From a virus (taxonomy: Duplodnaviria > Caudoviricetes), in IMG/VR virus record IMGVR_UViG_3300037400_001903, positions 13,212 to 77,211 of that record: a DNA stretch of 64,000 nt; one strand, 5' to 3'. Below, one piece after another: positions 37,112-47,377 of the stretch. A program made the translations under genes and the position numbers. Numbering within the stretch: position 1 is the first letter of the stretch; each line of letters starts with the position of its first letter. The notes under the pieces are model-generated. The model had not been told where the DNA came from and searched no databases. It was given only the letters and a program-made list of their open reading frames with translations.

Positions 37112-37936
37112 TTATTTGTCCTCCTTTGCTTCTTGTTTACCTGATGCTATTGCATCTAGAATGTTTACTTTAAATTTTGAATAAGACATGTTAGATACCT
37201 TAAGAGGAATCTTCATTTCCTTTGGTTTACGTGTCTTAGATAAGTATGCTTGACATCCATCAATGTAAGTATAATACTTAGGTGTACGTTGAATCTTGTT
37301 ATCAGCATCAGTTGTTGTAACTTCTTCAATCTTTGTATACCATACGAAAGATGCTTTAGCACATAGACCATAAGCTGCTTTGTTCATTAAGCTTGGGATA
37401 ATCTTATTGTTACCTGGGTTCTCTTCATCAGATACTTCCTTTTGGTGACAAATTACTACCATCTTAGAGCCTGTTGTTAAATGGATATAACGACATGCGT
37501 TCCAAATTTCGTCATGCTCTTGAGATGCTAAGCCCCAAAGTTGTAAAGTCATTTGGTCTTTCTTTGCTGTTTCCATTAAATCTTTCTTTAATAGATATTC
37601 AAGCTGAGTTGCTGAGTCAATTACGATAGTTGAGTATGCAACTGGGATTTTCTTTCCAGTCTCATCAATAGTGTAACCATTGATTACATCCTTGAATACT
37701 TCATTGATTTCAGCGAAGCTTGTGATAGGCACTACTACAATATTCTCACGTTCAGCATAAGAAATTGAACCTGTACCTCCTTCTAATACGTCTAAGTATA
37801 GCATAGGCTTGTCCTTTGTCTTAGGGAAAGTAGATGCTAATACTGTTTTGCCTGAACCTTGAAGTCCATAGATAACATAAACTTCATCAGTAGGCATTTG
37901 ATTTACTGCTTTTGCTTTTGTTGTTAATACGCTCAT
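37112..37936 (-). CDS. AAA_24 / Sak4-like ATPase
   Basis: IYGLQGSGKT, LDVLEGG, IVIDS, ICH.KE. Confidence 0.8.
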   Translation of the reverse strand: MSVLTTKAKAVNQMPTDEVYVIYGLQGSGKTVLASTFPKTKDKPMLYLDVLEGGTGSISYAERENIVVVPITSFAEINEVFKDVINGYTIDETGKKIPVAYSTIVIDSATQLEYLLKKDLMETAKKDQMTLQLWGLASQEHDEIWNACRYIHLTTGSKMVVICHQKEVSDEENPGNNKIIPSLMNKAAYGLCAKASFVWYTKIEEVTTTDADNKIQRTPKYYTYIDGCQAYLSKTRKPKEMKIPLKVSNMSYSKFKVNILDAIASGKQEAKEDK

Positions 37937-37985
37937 AATTTTTTATCTCCTTTGTTATATATTTTTGGGATGAACGCATATCCCT

Positions 37986-38026
37986 TGTTCACTTTATATT
38001 ATACACTATAGTTTACATTTATGCAA
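37986..38026 (-). promoter_or_regulatory. Replication-module promoter A
   Basis: TTGCAT-N17-TATAAT; shares a 30 bp motif with the promoter at 43573. Confidence 0.75.
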
Positions 38027-38029
38027 TAG

Positions 38030-38977
38030 CTATTTTATATTTCCTGTGATTTTTTCTATAATTATTTCACGAGAAGCTTGGCTAGGTGATGACATATCTA
38101 ATCTGCACAGCTCTTTATATGCACAATAGTTACATAGAGGTCCTTTAATTCTATAAACTCTATCAGTATCCTTAGCACATTGATATGTTTTAAGTAACTC
38201 ATCAGCATTTGATGCAACTAATGAATCATCCAGTATCTGGACAGTTGTTCTTCTGAATAAAGGATGACCTCTTTCTTCTAGATATTGTAGGACAGGTTGA
38301 TATTCAGATTCTTTTTCTAGTCCCTGCTCTGATAGTGCATCATAATATGCTTCATAAGTAACCAAGTCTAAAGCTTCCTTACTTTTACTAGGCTTACCAT
38401 TATTAAGTAATGGTACTGGCTTAAGTTTAGCTAATCTTATTTCATCTATTTGTTTTGTTTGAACTTTTCTATTTAATATTTCTTCAGCGAAAGGGATATA
38501 TAATAGTAATTGTTCATTATATAGTACATCTTCATAAGTATACTTAAGCTTATTAACTGTGGTCTTCATATCTCTTATTCCAACTACACCGTTAGTTTCA
38601 TAAACAGCATCAATGAATCCTATTATAAAGTCATCCCCATCGAGTGGTTCTTGAAATTCTTGTTCACATAATAGATTATGTTCCATAGAATATTCTTTAG
38701 CCCAGTATTGAAAATACATTGACACACTATATTCTAGTTGGTCAGGTTCGTAAGGTAATTTACCTGACATGCATAGTTTTCTAAACTCATCTGTGACTGG
38801 TTTACAGTCCTCGCCTTTAATAGTTAGTTCTACACATTCATGAAACATTTTACCAGGGATTGTGAATTCATTCTCTGGCGTTTCAATACCCTCAATGTAA
38901 GCATACATGTGTTTACGAGGGCACTGCTTAAAAGTAGATAGTCTTGAATGACTATATCTATTTATATCTTTACTCAT
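38030..38977 (-). CDS. PD-(D/E)XK (RecB/Cas4-like) exonuclease
   Basis: SHSRL..F..CPR, GFIDAV, RDMKT, QL..Y, terminal C..C..C. Confidence 0.85.
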   Translation of the reverse strand: MSKDINRYSHSRLSTFKQCPRKHMYAYIEGIETPENEFTIPGKMFHECVELTIKGEDCKPVTDEFRKLCMSGKLPYEPDQLEYSVSMYFQYWAKEYSMEHNLLCEQEFQEPLDGDDFIIGFIDAVYETNGVVGIRDMKTTVNKLKYTYEDVLYNEQLLLYIPFAEEILNRKVQTKQIDEIRLAKLKPVPLLNNGKPSKSKEALDLVTYEAYYDALSEQGLEKESEYQPVLQYLEERGHPLFRRTTVQILDDSLVASNADELLKTYQCAKDTDRVYRIKGPLCNYCAYKELCRLDMSSPSQASREIIIEKITGNIK

Positions 38978-40943
38978 TTGATTCCTCTTTCTTTTTGTAC
39001 TCTTCTATATCTACACCTTTTCCTAATGGTCCTATCTCTACATCTACAACGATAGGAAAATCAGGTTCTTTAGTTATGATTTGTTGTGCTAATTTAGGAT
39101 GCTCCATTATAGATTTAATTCTTTTAATGTAATCATAGAAGTGCTCATTCTTACGCACTAATCCTATTATAGAATCATGAACTGTAGCTCCTATCCTAAT
39201 GTTTCCTTTAAGTATAGGGTCACTCATTACTTCTACTAGACCACTGATAACATAATCAGAACCTGCTGATTGTACTGGGAAATTTATTGCAGGTCTAACC
39301 CAGTCTTCTTTAGTCCAAGGTATTGCTAGTATGTCTTGATGTATTACATACTCTCTTCTCATTATAGAAGTTATTGTTCCGTTCTCATCCAAGCAGCTTC
39401 TTACCCAATCATAATAATCATTTAGTTCAGGATAAAGTTCAAAGAAATGGTAACGGATTTTTATAGCTTCATCTAATGAAACATCTACTCCGTAAGATAC
39501 CTTTGCATATTCTACGAATGATTTGGCTTGCATGCCATACAAGAATCCAAAGTTGGCTGCTTTGGCCTGTGTTCTTTCAGCCTTAGTTATTTGGTCAACT
39601 GGTTTACCAGTAACAATAGATGCCATTTTATAGTGTAGGTCTTCACCTATACGATAAGAATCTTTTATGTTCTTAACATTAGCTACAAGGCCTGCGAATC
39701 TAAGCTCTAGCTGAGAGTAATCTAAGCATACCATTTCCCATTCATCACTGTTAGTTTGAAATAAACTCTTCAAATCTTTATTTCTAGGGATTTGTTGTAG
39801 GTTTACATCAGAAGATGATGTTCTTCCAGTAACAGTACCATCCAAATAGAATGTTGAATGTAAGTAATACTTACCATCCTTATGCAATAAAGCTTCTGTT
39901 TGCCATGACTCAAAGAATTCTAATGCTTTCTTATACATTCTATATTCTAATATTAAATTTATTATAGGATGTTTATCTCTTATATTTATTAACACGTCAC
40001 TTCCAGTTGATGGGTTACCTTTTTTAGTGTAACCTGTTATTGGTAGTTCTAGTGTTTCGTATAAAATTTTAGTTAAAGCATCAGCTGAATTTATATTTAT
40101 AACTTCAGATAGTTTAGGTATGTATGTATGCTCATAATAATATTTAGAGCCACGTTTAAATGGGTACTTTGATTTTAATATCTCATTGTTTAGATGAGAA
40201 ATCTCGTAGCTTTCTTCAGGCGTACAATATATTTTTTCTGTAATAGGTTCTATTTTACAATCAAGAGAATCTAATATTTTATTTATCTCTGCTAATAGTT
40301 CAGCTTGTTTCATAGCATACTTGCTTTTAGTTTCTTCAAGCTTTTCCATATTGATTGGTAAACCATTACATTCAATATATTTGTAAGCATTTATACCCTT
40401 TAATATTAGTTTATATGTTGTTAATTTATTCTTAGGAAAATTCTTTTTATACCATTGGTATAATTGATAACAGTATTTAACATCACAGAATAAATATGGT
40501 GCTACAACATCTTTGTCATGAGATGTTTTGTCTTTCAATCCTACATCCCAGTCTTCAACACCAAGTATTCTTTGAGCAGCTTTCTTTAATGTTGTCCAGC
40601 CTTTATATGCTGGGTCATAATACTTGTTGCCTTGTCTACTTTTCTTAAGCTCATCCACTGTAGAGTTAAGATAAGTTAATACTTGTGTATCATGTGACAC
40701 TTCGATGTCTAGCCCATAGCTATATAGAAGTCTAGCTGTATCAAACTTACCATTATGTAATACAAACTTAGCATTTTTAGATTGAAGCCATGTAATGAAG
40801 CGAATCATTTCATCAGCTTCTTCAGGCAGTTTGTATATTTTATATAGTTCTTTTCCTTTTTTATTAACTGTATATAAGCCTACGAAATTTATGTTAGTGT
40901 TGAGACTCAGATTGTCTGTCTCTATGTCCAGCGAGATAAGCAT
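38970..40943 (-). CDS. polA: Family A DNA polymerase with 3'-5' exonuclease
   Basis: LDIET, HNGKFD, DYSQLELR, KAANFGFLYG, VHDS. Confidence 0.95.
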   Translation of the reverse strand: MLISLDIETDNLSLNTNINFVGLYTVNKKGKELYKIYKLPEEADEMIRFITWLQSKNAKFVLHNGKFDTARLLYSYGLDIEVSHDTQVLTYLNSTVDELKKSRQGNKYYDPAYKGWTTLKKAAQRILGVEDWDVGLKDKTSHDKDVVAPYLFCDVKYCYQLYQWYKKNFPKNKLTTYKLILKGINAYKYIECNGLPINMEKLEETKSKYAMKQAELLAEINKILDSLDCKIEPITEKIYCTPEESYEISHLNNEILKSKYPFKRGSKYYYEHTYIPKLSEVININSADALTKILYETLELPITGYTKKGNPSTGSDVLINIRDKHPIINLILEYRMYKKALEFFESWQTEALLHKDGKYYLHSTFYLDGTVTGRTSSSDVNLQQIPRNKDLKSLFQTNSDEWEMVCLDYSQLELRFAGLVANVKNIKDSYRIGEDLHYKMASIVTGKPVDQITKAERTQAKAANFGFLYGMQAKSFVEYAKVSYGVDVSLDEAIKIRYHFFELYPELNDYYDWVRSCLDENGTITSIMRREYVIHQDILAIPWTKEDWVRPAINFPVQSAGSDYVISGLVEVMSDPILKGNIRIGATVHDSIIGLVRKNEHFYDYIKRIKSIMEHPKLAQQIITKEPDFPIVVDVEIGPLGKGVDIEEYKKKEESNE

Positions 40944-41139
40944 TTATAACATCCTCCGTAGGCAATTCTAATAACTTTGATAAAGCTTCTAATGTTTGAA
41001 CACCTGGATTAGCTATTTCAAAATTTAATAGTTTATATACATGTGTTCTACTCATTGGTAAGTTTTGATAGTTCTTATCAACAAAGTTATTGATTGTTCC
41101 AAATTTAGTTTTAATTGTTTCTACTATTATATTAGACAT
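40894..41139 (-). CDS. XRE-like helix-turn-helix protein
   Basis: MSRTHVYKLLN..ANPGVQTLEALSKLL. Confidence 0.7.
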   Translation of the reverse strand: MSNIIVETIKTKFGTINNFVDKNYQNLPMSRTHVYKLLNFEIANPGVQTLEALSKLLELPTEDVINAYLAGHRDRQSESQH

Positions 41140-41150
41140 TTTATTTCTCC

Positions 41151-42680
41151 TTATTCATCTAGATAATTTTGAAATACCTTGTCTGTAAAGCTCTTCTTTC
41201 TTTTTAATGTTTGATATATACGTTCTTCTACAGTATCTTCACATAGTAAGTAGTAATAGTAACAATCTTTTAATTGGCCTATTCTTCTTATACGTGATTT
41301 GCATTGATGAAATACTATATAAGATTCTGGTAATGAATAAAAAATAATATTGTTTGTGTTTGTTAAGTCTAGTCCTGCGTTACCACTACGACATTGAATG
41401 ACTAGATATATTTCATGGTAATACTTAAACCTTTCTATAAGAATAGTTGATTTCTTAGTATTACATTTACCATTAACTACTACATATTTTTTTCCTTCGT
41501 CTTTAAGCACTTGCTCTATCTGATTTAAAGAAGAAGTAAATTCATAATATATGATAGCTTTAGGTAAAGTTTGAATAAGCTCTCTGAACTTATCAATCTT
41601 AGGTGAGGTTACTTCTAAATAACCTTTTGTATATTTATCATCCTGAGTTGTAAGAATTCCTGTACAGATTTCTCTAAGTCTAATTCTAAGTACTCCTTTA
41701 TTGTCTGCTACACAATAAGTTCCACACTTAGAATCTTCAACAACTCGGTCTTTCTTAAGAGTATCGTACCACTCTGTTGGGTGTGGACACTTTACTATTA
41801 TATTATTTTCTTTAGTTAAGTCAACCACATCCTCAGTCTTTTTTCCCCAAGTGTAACAGTTTATTATAGCTGTTAACTCCTCAGAAAATTCTGGTTTCTC
41901 TTTATTTGGTTGAAAGTAATCATTAAATTCAAAGTATCTTTCTAGTGTATGTGTTTTTCCTGGCATCACTCTTATATCTAGGATAGCTAGCTGAGCTAGA
42001 ATATCATGCCTAGATTTGTCTTGTGGTGTTCCAGTGAATAAATACACATACTCACAATTCTCTGCGATTTTACGGCAGTTTTCATTGATATTACTAGAGT
42101 AGTTCTTAGTTCTATGAGACTCATCTAGTATAAGAGCTTGATATTTTTTGCTAGTATATTTATTTAAGCTCTCGTAATTGGTTACTTCGTAAGTATTTCC
42201 AGGTATATATTTATCAAGTTCAGCTTTATACTGTCCAATAACTTTTTGAGGTGTTACAATCAAACAGCTCTCAGGTCTCTTACTTAATAGCCAAGTGATT
42301 GCTATAAGTGTTTTACCTGTTCCAGTTCCTAAGAAAAATCCATACTTGTTGTACTGCATCATTTTATGTACTGCTACATCCTGATGTTCTTTTAATGTTA
42401 TACCTTCAGGTATTACAAGCTTACATTTTTCTCTTCGTTGTTCTTCTATAGGCGGATTTTGTTTGAAAGTTCTTATCTCCTCATAAAGTTCTTGAGATAT
42501 ATCTACATCACCTCTTCTTATTATAGGTAGTATATCTCTTCTAAAGTATTGCTTAGTTATTGCATTTAAAAGAAAGAATGATATTGGTTCACCTCTAGCG
42601 TTGTAGCTATGTGTTAGCCAACCATAATCTTTAAAATCTTGCAAATAAATAAACCCATTTAATTTATAGATTTTTTTCAT
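41151..42680 (-). CDS. SNF2-like superfamily 2 helicase
   Basis: GTGTGKT, LILDESH, TGTP, GNAGLDL, RIRRIGQ. Confidence 0.9.
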   Translation of the reverse strand: MKKIYKLNGFIYLQDFKDYGWLTHSYNARGEPISFFLLNAITKQYFRRDILPIIRRGDVDISQELYEEIRTFKQNPPIEEQRREKCKLVIPEGITLKEHQDVAVHKMMQYNKYGFFLGTGTGKTLIAITWLLSKRPESCLIVTPQKVIGQYKAELDKYIPGNTYEVTNYESLNKYTSKKYQALILDESHRTKNYSSNINENCRKIAENCEYVYLFTGTPQDKSRHDILAQLAILDIRVMPGKTHTLERYFEFNDYFQPNKEKPEFSEELTAIINCYTWGKKTEDVVDLTKENNIIVKCPHPTEWYDTLKKDRVVEDSKCGTYCVADNKGVLRIRLREICTGILTTQDDKYTKGYLEVTSPKIDKFRELIQTLPKAIIYYEFTSSLNQIEQVLKDEGKKYVVVNGKCNTKKSTILIERFKYYHEIYLVIQCRSGNAGLDLTNTNNIIFYSLPESYIVFHQCKSRIRRIGQLKDCYYYYLLCEDTVEERIYQTLKRKKSFTDKVFQNYLDE

Positions 42681-43089
42681 TATAATACCTCTTTACTATA
42701 TCAGATTCTTCCTGTGTAAGTTGTTCATCTGTTGATACTAAATCATTATAGTCATGTAAATTCAATGTTATTATTGCCTCAATCATTACTTTCTTTTTAA
42801 ATATAATCTCAAGTGCCTTCTCATTTTCTTGTGCTTTTAAGATGTAATCTCTGATTATGTCTATTTTTATTAAATCAAATTCAGAACAAAAGGATTTGTT
42901 TTCTTCTAGTTCTTTTAAATATTCTAGTGCTTCATTAGGTTTTGTACCCTCTATGAAGTCTAAGCGTTCTAATGCATCATCCACTAATTTACAATCATCT
43001 TCAAAGCATAAGCAATCATAAGGGCTATCATTATCATATTCAGTATGTAGAGCAATTCTGTTAAAGGCTTCTATATATTCATTACTCAT
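42664..43089 (-). CDS. Hypothetical protein (paralog of 13416-13895)
   Basis: MSNEYIEAFNR...PNEALEYLKEL...LKAQENEK. Confidence 0.7.
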   Translation of the reverse strand: MSNEYIEAFNRIALHTEYDNDSPYDCLCFEDDCKLVDDALERLDFIEGTKPNEALEYLKELEENKSFCSEFDLIKIDIIRDYILKAQENEKALEIIFKKKVMIEAIITLNLHDYNDLVSTDEQLTQEESDIVKRYYNEKNL

Positions 43090-43561
43090 AACCAAATACC
43101 TCAGCTATTTCACCCATACATCCTGCACTATCAAGCTCAATATTATTCATATATTTTGTAACAATCTTAGATATAGCATCTAGTTTAGCTGCATTTTCTG
43201 CAAGACGTATAATAGGTTCATTCTCTACTTTTAAATAAAGTTCTAATAATTCTATAGCTTCTTTAATTTCTTTGTAAAATTTTAAAGCTTCACGTGTTTC
43301 ATTTAGTTTTATTAAAACACGTGGACTCTTTTCCTCTAAGTTTTCTAATATAGATAGTGTATCAAGATTTCTATCTATCATTTCATTAAGATATTTTTTT
43401 GTTTCTTCACTAATTATTATTTTATTAGTTCTAATTTTATTGTGTAACATAATATATTTTCCTTTCTCAAATTTAAACTCCATTAACTTTTGTTGCTTAA
43501 GAGTTGGTTGTAAAGAGTATTCAAGTCCTTGAATCTCATGAGGTATGTTTTTATCATCCAT
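43082..43561 (-). CDS. Hypothetical coiled-coil protein
   Basis: AGGAGG RBS before ATG 43561. Confidence 0.7.
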   Translation of the reverse strand: MDDKNIPHEIQGLEYSLQPTLKQQKLMEFKFEKGKYIMLHNKIRTNKIIISEETKKYLNEMIDRNLDTLSILENLEEKSPRVLIKLNETREALKFYKEIKEAIELLELYLKVENEPIIRLAENAAKLDAISKIVTKYMNNIELDSAGCMGEIAEVFGYE

Positions 43562-43572
43562 CTTTTTCCTCC

Positions 43573-43613
43573 TGTTCACTATTGATTATACACTATAGTT
43601 TATATGATGTCAA
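43573..43613 (-). promoter_or_regulatory. Replication-module promoter B
   Basis: TTGACA-N17-TATAAT with the shared motif. Confidence 0.8.
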
Positions 43614-43646
43614 CAAAAAAGAGCTAATAATTTAGCCCTTTCTTTT
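43614..43646 (-). terminator. Terminator ending the structural/tail transcript
   Basis: GGGCTAA-ATTA-TTAGCTC followed by TTTTTT. Confidence 0.7.
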
Positions 43647-43999
43647 TTAATCTTTAAATGTCATATAATATTTGAATGCTTTTCCTTTAGGAGCATCTTT
43701 ATCTTCTAAGAATTTCTTAGCAAGTCTAACATAAGATGATGTATCATTAGTTACTGCTCCATAGTAATCTGAATAAATCATATTCATTACATAGTTCCAA
43801 TCATACTCATTGAAGTATTCAAACATTATGCCATTTGCTTTTGCAACAGATGTTGTTTGCTCTACTATGCCTAGGATAAATATTGACGAGTTGCTTTAAT
43901 GTTTTATCTAGTTCAGTTTCAAAGTCTTCTTTTAATTCTGCTGCACGGATATTTTCATCATGTGTTTTAATTATCTCTGATTTAGTTAGTTTGTTTCTC
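43647..43999 (-). pseudogene. Split locus: 61 aa ORF plus an out-of-frame C-terminal fragment of a conserved small phage protein
   Basis: ATG 43999 ORF ends at 43819; another frame encodes EQTTSVAKANGIMFEYFNEYDWNYVMNMIYSDY...FLEDKDAPKGKAFKYY to the stop at 43647. Confidence 0.45.
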
Positions 44000-44956
44000 C
44001 CCATGGACTCCTCCTTGTTTGTTATAATTTTTTGTAAATTCTTCATAATCCTTAAAGACACTCATTGCACCACATAAAGAACAACCTTTATGACAGTAGC
44101 TTGGATATTTATTTAATCTAAAAGCTTCTAATGGTTCAGCATTTTTACATCCCTTCATACCATCAACAAATCCTATATGATAATCATAATCAACTCTAAA
44201 GTAATCATAATCAAGAGTGCATAAGTATCCTCTTAACGGGATTGTTTTATAGTCTCCATATTTTTTTACTAATCCTCTTAATGATTTACAATATTCAGTA
44301 TGGTCATCATAAGATATTTTATATTCGTCTTTTTTGTTTTCACTGGTCTCCACAATTAGCCCAGAAATATCGGTTTCGTTACAATCAGCGTCTATAAGAT
44401 ATATTATATTATTTTCTTCACATCGTTTTATAAGTTCATTAACTTGCTCTAGATTATTTCTTGTTGAAACCATCTCGACTTTAAATAAAAAATGGTCATT
44501 AAAATTTAATTTTTTTATCTTTTCAAAAAAATTATCTAGAGTTGTGAACTCATAATGGAACGAAGCTACTATTGATAATTCTATATTATGCTTAGTGCAT
44601 ACATCTATTAAATCGTTGTAATATTCTGCTGACTTACTAAGATTACTTATAAAAGATATACGCTTTAAATTGTTTGGGATTTCGTTATATAATCTTTCTA
44701 TTATATCTTCCAGATTAAATAACGAAACCTCACCACCAATTAATTCTATTTTTGTATCAACATTTTTCTCCCTTATTATTTTGGCAAGTTTTGGTATTGT
44801 GTTGATAACTGTTTGCTCGTCTCTTTTATAATTTTCAATATTGTCTCTTTTGTTTTTTCTCAAACAATATGAGCAGTTATAATTACAACAGTTTGTTATT
44901 CTCCATTTAACAGTTAATGGAAATTCATTAAGATTTACTATACTGTTAAAATCCAT
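43982..44956 (-). CDS. Radical SAM protein B
   Basis: CNYNCSYC, IGGE, SNLS, SFHYEF, C-terminal Cys cluster. Confidence 0.9.
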   Translation of the reverse strand: MDFNSIVNLNEFPLTVKWRITNCCNYNCSYCLRKNKRDNIENYKRDEQTVINTIPKLAKIIREKNVDTKIELIGGEVSLFNLEDIIERLYNEIPNNLKRISFISNLSKSAEYYNDLIDVCTKHNIELSIVASFHYEFTTLDNFFEKIKKLNFNDHFLFKVEMVSTRNNLEQVNELIKRCEENNIIYLIDADCNETDISGLIVETSENKKDEYKISYDDHTEYCKSLRGLVKKYGDYKTIPLRGYLCTLDYDYFRVDYDYHIGFVDGMKGCKNAEPLEAFRLNKYPSYCHKGCSLCGAMSVFKDYEEFTKNYNKQGGVHGEKQTN

Positions 44957-44964
44957 AAATTCTC

Positions 44965-45921
44965 CTATATTATTTCGTTTATATCTTTACTTAAACTTAT
45001 TTGGCCACATAAAGTGCATTCCTTATGTAGGCATTTCTTAGGCTTATCGATTGGATGAAAGTCCTTTATGTTATGGAACTCCTTGCATTCATCTAAACAG
45101 CCTCTACCTTGGTGTTCATTAACCTCGATATAAACGTAATTATAATCTCTAGTGCAATAATAATCAAGTGAATGAAAACTCATTTTTGTATAATTGTATG
45201 AAGAGGTTATAAACTCATTTCTTGTCATAAATAATTTTTTAGAACCATCTTCATAAGTTATCTTGTATCTTGGCTTTTTAGTTGAACTACTTTGAGCAAT
45301 TAATTTATCTCTAATTTCAATAGGAGCTGTTAGGTCTCTTTCAATAAAATAAGAATAACCATTCTTCTCACATATTTCTATTAGTTTTTTAATATCATCT
45401 TGATTATTGACTCTAGATACACATTCTATTCTTATACCTTTTTGATTTGTAGGTGATTTAATCTTAGAGAACTTTTCGATAAAGTCCTCTAAAGATACAA
45501 ATTCACTATGCCAACTACAAGTAATGCCTATCTCGGAATTATACTGATAACATAACTCGGTTAAGTCATTGTAGTATTCAGAAGACTGTGACATATTAGT
45601 TGTGATATTAATTCGTTTTAATTTATCACCACATTGTTTGTATAATGTCTCAAGTAATAAGTGTAGGTTCATTAACGAAACCTCACCACCAATTAAATCT
45701 AATTTAACATTACCAGGTAACTCGTTGATTATTCTTGCTATCTCTGGTAATGTTTCGTAGATTATATTAAAGTCTAACTTGATTGGTTCATCCCTAAACA
45801 TTAAACAAGTGTATATCTTTCTAACACAATATGAACAATTATAATTACAGCAATCTGTTAATCTCCATTTGATTGTTGACTTACACATACCATTTCGACT
45901 TATTATCGTTTTTATATCCAT
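44965..45921 (-). CDS. Radical SAM protein A (tandem paralog)
   Basis: CNYNCSYC, IGGE, TTNMS, SWHSEF, C-terminal Cys cluster. Confidence 0.9.
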   Translation of the reverse strand: MDIKTIISRNGMCKSTIKWRLTDCCNYNCSYCVRKIYTCLMFRDEPIKLDFNIIYETLPEIARIINELPGNVKLDLIGGEVSLMNLHLLLETLYKQCGDKLKRINITTNMSQSSEYYNDLTELCYQYNSEIGITCSWHSEFVSLEDFIEKFSKIKSPTNQKGIRIECVSRVNNQDDIKKLIEICEKNGYSYFIERDLTAPIEIRDKLIAQSSSTKKPRYKITYEDGSKKLFMTRNEFITSSYNYTKMSFHSLDYYCTRDYNYVYIEVNEHQGRGCLDECKEFHNIKDFHPIDKPKKCLHKECTLCGQISLSKDINEII

Positions 45922-45934
45922 AAATACTCCTTAA

Positions 45935-47365
45935 TTAAAATGTTTTTACATAACTATAACTTGAACCTCTGCCGGTATAATACCAAGTTATTTGACTTAC
46001 GGTATCACTTGACTTATTAATATTCATAGTAATACTATCACTAATACTATTAGGACTGACTGTCACATTAATGTCACTTACTTTATCACCCTTACTTACT
46101 ATTTGTGTTATTGTTATACTATATGGGCTGTCGTTTTTAAAGTATACTTTTCTAGTCCAAATACTAGTGCTCGAATAATGGTCTACGTATATATTAGGAT
46201 TATTATCAAATGAGGCTGTTACAGAAACAGATACATTTCCAGTAACAGTGTAACTTGATGTATAACTATCCATTTTATAATAACTGTCTGCACTTGCTGA
46301 TACAGTTAATGTATCTCCATAATAAATTGTTGCACCGTTTGAGACTGGACCAGTTATGTTTCCATTTGGCGATGAACCTCTATATACGTTGACCGAAGAT
46401 ACACCAGTTCCTTTTGATACTGACAATTTATATGATTTAACCGTTCTTTGAACTTTCCATTCTTTTGGTGACTCACTACCGTCACCAAATGTAACCGTTC
46501 CTTCGCCTGAATAATTAAAGCCAGTTTGTTTACTATAAATTGTTAACTTAACTACATCATCATATCCTGAATAAACAAGTTGGTCAGCATTATAAGGAAG
46601 TTCTAGTGTTTTATTGTTTGCTGATGTATTTTTTAATATAAGTTTGCCTTCGGAACTAGTTAAATATGAATTAATATAAGCACATTGAGAGTCAACTGAT
46701 GAAGCAGTAAAACTATAATCTCCTGTTATAGTTTTATTTGAACAATATACATATCTATAGCCTGTTCCAGAACCTATCCAGTTTGATAAAGTTGTTGAGT
46801 CTGTTGCACCACTATAACTTGTTATAATTCTATCATCTGCTTGAAAACCTTGGTTTTCGCAAGTGGAAGAGTGATAGTTATAAATCAATCTTGAATAGTA
46901 TGTAAAGTTTATTTTTAAAGAGCCTGAGAAATTGATAGTTCCAAACTGATTATTTCCACTTATAGATTTATAATTTCCACCATAAAATTGAACATTTCCG
47001 TTTGTATGAGTGTTACCGTCATTATAAGTGAATGTATAATATTTAATAGGCGTTACAGTATAAGACTTATTTTCAGTTGCGGTTCCTGTATAAGTTATAA
47101 CTTTAGGCTTACTATTTCCATCTACTTCAACATAAGTTGTTGTTGATGATGGTATTTCTTCAGGCAATAAATAATAACCGTTATCAGCAGTAATAGTAAT
47201 AGTAAATGTAGAACCATTATCATACTCACCAGCCCCAGTTACTGTAGCGTTAGTAGCCGTAACACTAATCGTTACACCACCTTTCCAGATAGTTGTTCCA
47301 TTTACACTAATTTGTTTTACTTCACCTTCAGGTATTTGTATAGATTTAACTTGTGAAAAATTCAT
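45935..47365 (-). CDS. Beta-rich tail-associated protein with InlB-B-repeat-like modules
   Basis: Thr/Ser/Tyr/Gly-rich; TITADNGYY and TLTVSASADSYY repeats; follows the long fibre gene. Confidence 0.55.
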   Translation of the reverse strand: MNFSQVKSIQIPEGEVKQISVNGTTIWKGGVTISVTATNATVTGAGEYDNGSTFTITITADNGYYLLPEEIPSSTTTYVEVDGNSKPKVITYTGTATENKSYTVTPIKYYTFTYNDGNTHTNGNVQFYGGNYKSISGNNQFGTINFSGSLKINFTYYSRLIYNYHSSTCENQGFQADDRIITSYSGATDSTTLSNWIGSGTGYRYVYCSNKTITGDYSFTASSVDSQCAYINSYLTSSEGKLILKNTSANNKTLELPYNADQLVYSGYDDVVKLTIYSKQTGFNYSGEGTVTFGDGSESPKEWKVQRTVKSYKLSVSKGTGVSSVNVYRGSSPNGNITGPVSNGATIYYGDTLTVSASADSYYKMDSYTSSYTVTGNVSVSVTASFDNNPNIYVDHYSSTSIWTRKVYFKNDSPYSITITQIVSKGDKVSDINVTVSPNSISDSITMNINKSSDTVSQITWYYTGRGSSYSYVKTF

Positions 47366-47377
47366 ATAATCAACTCC

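Noticed and set aside
43982-45921. Viperin assignment for the radical SAM pair
   Set aside because: Only the generic CxxxCxxC and GGE motifs are shared; viperin-specific residues could not be confirmed by eye.
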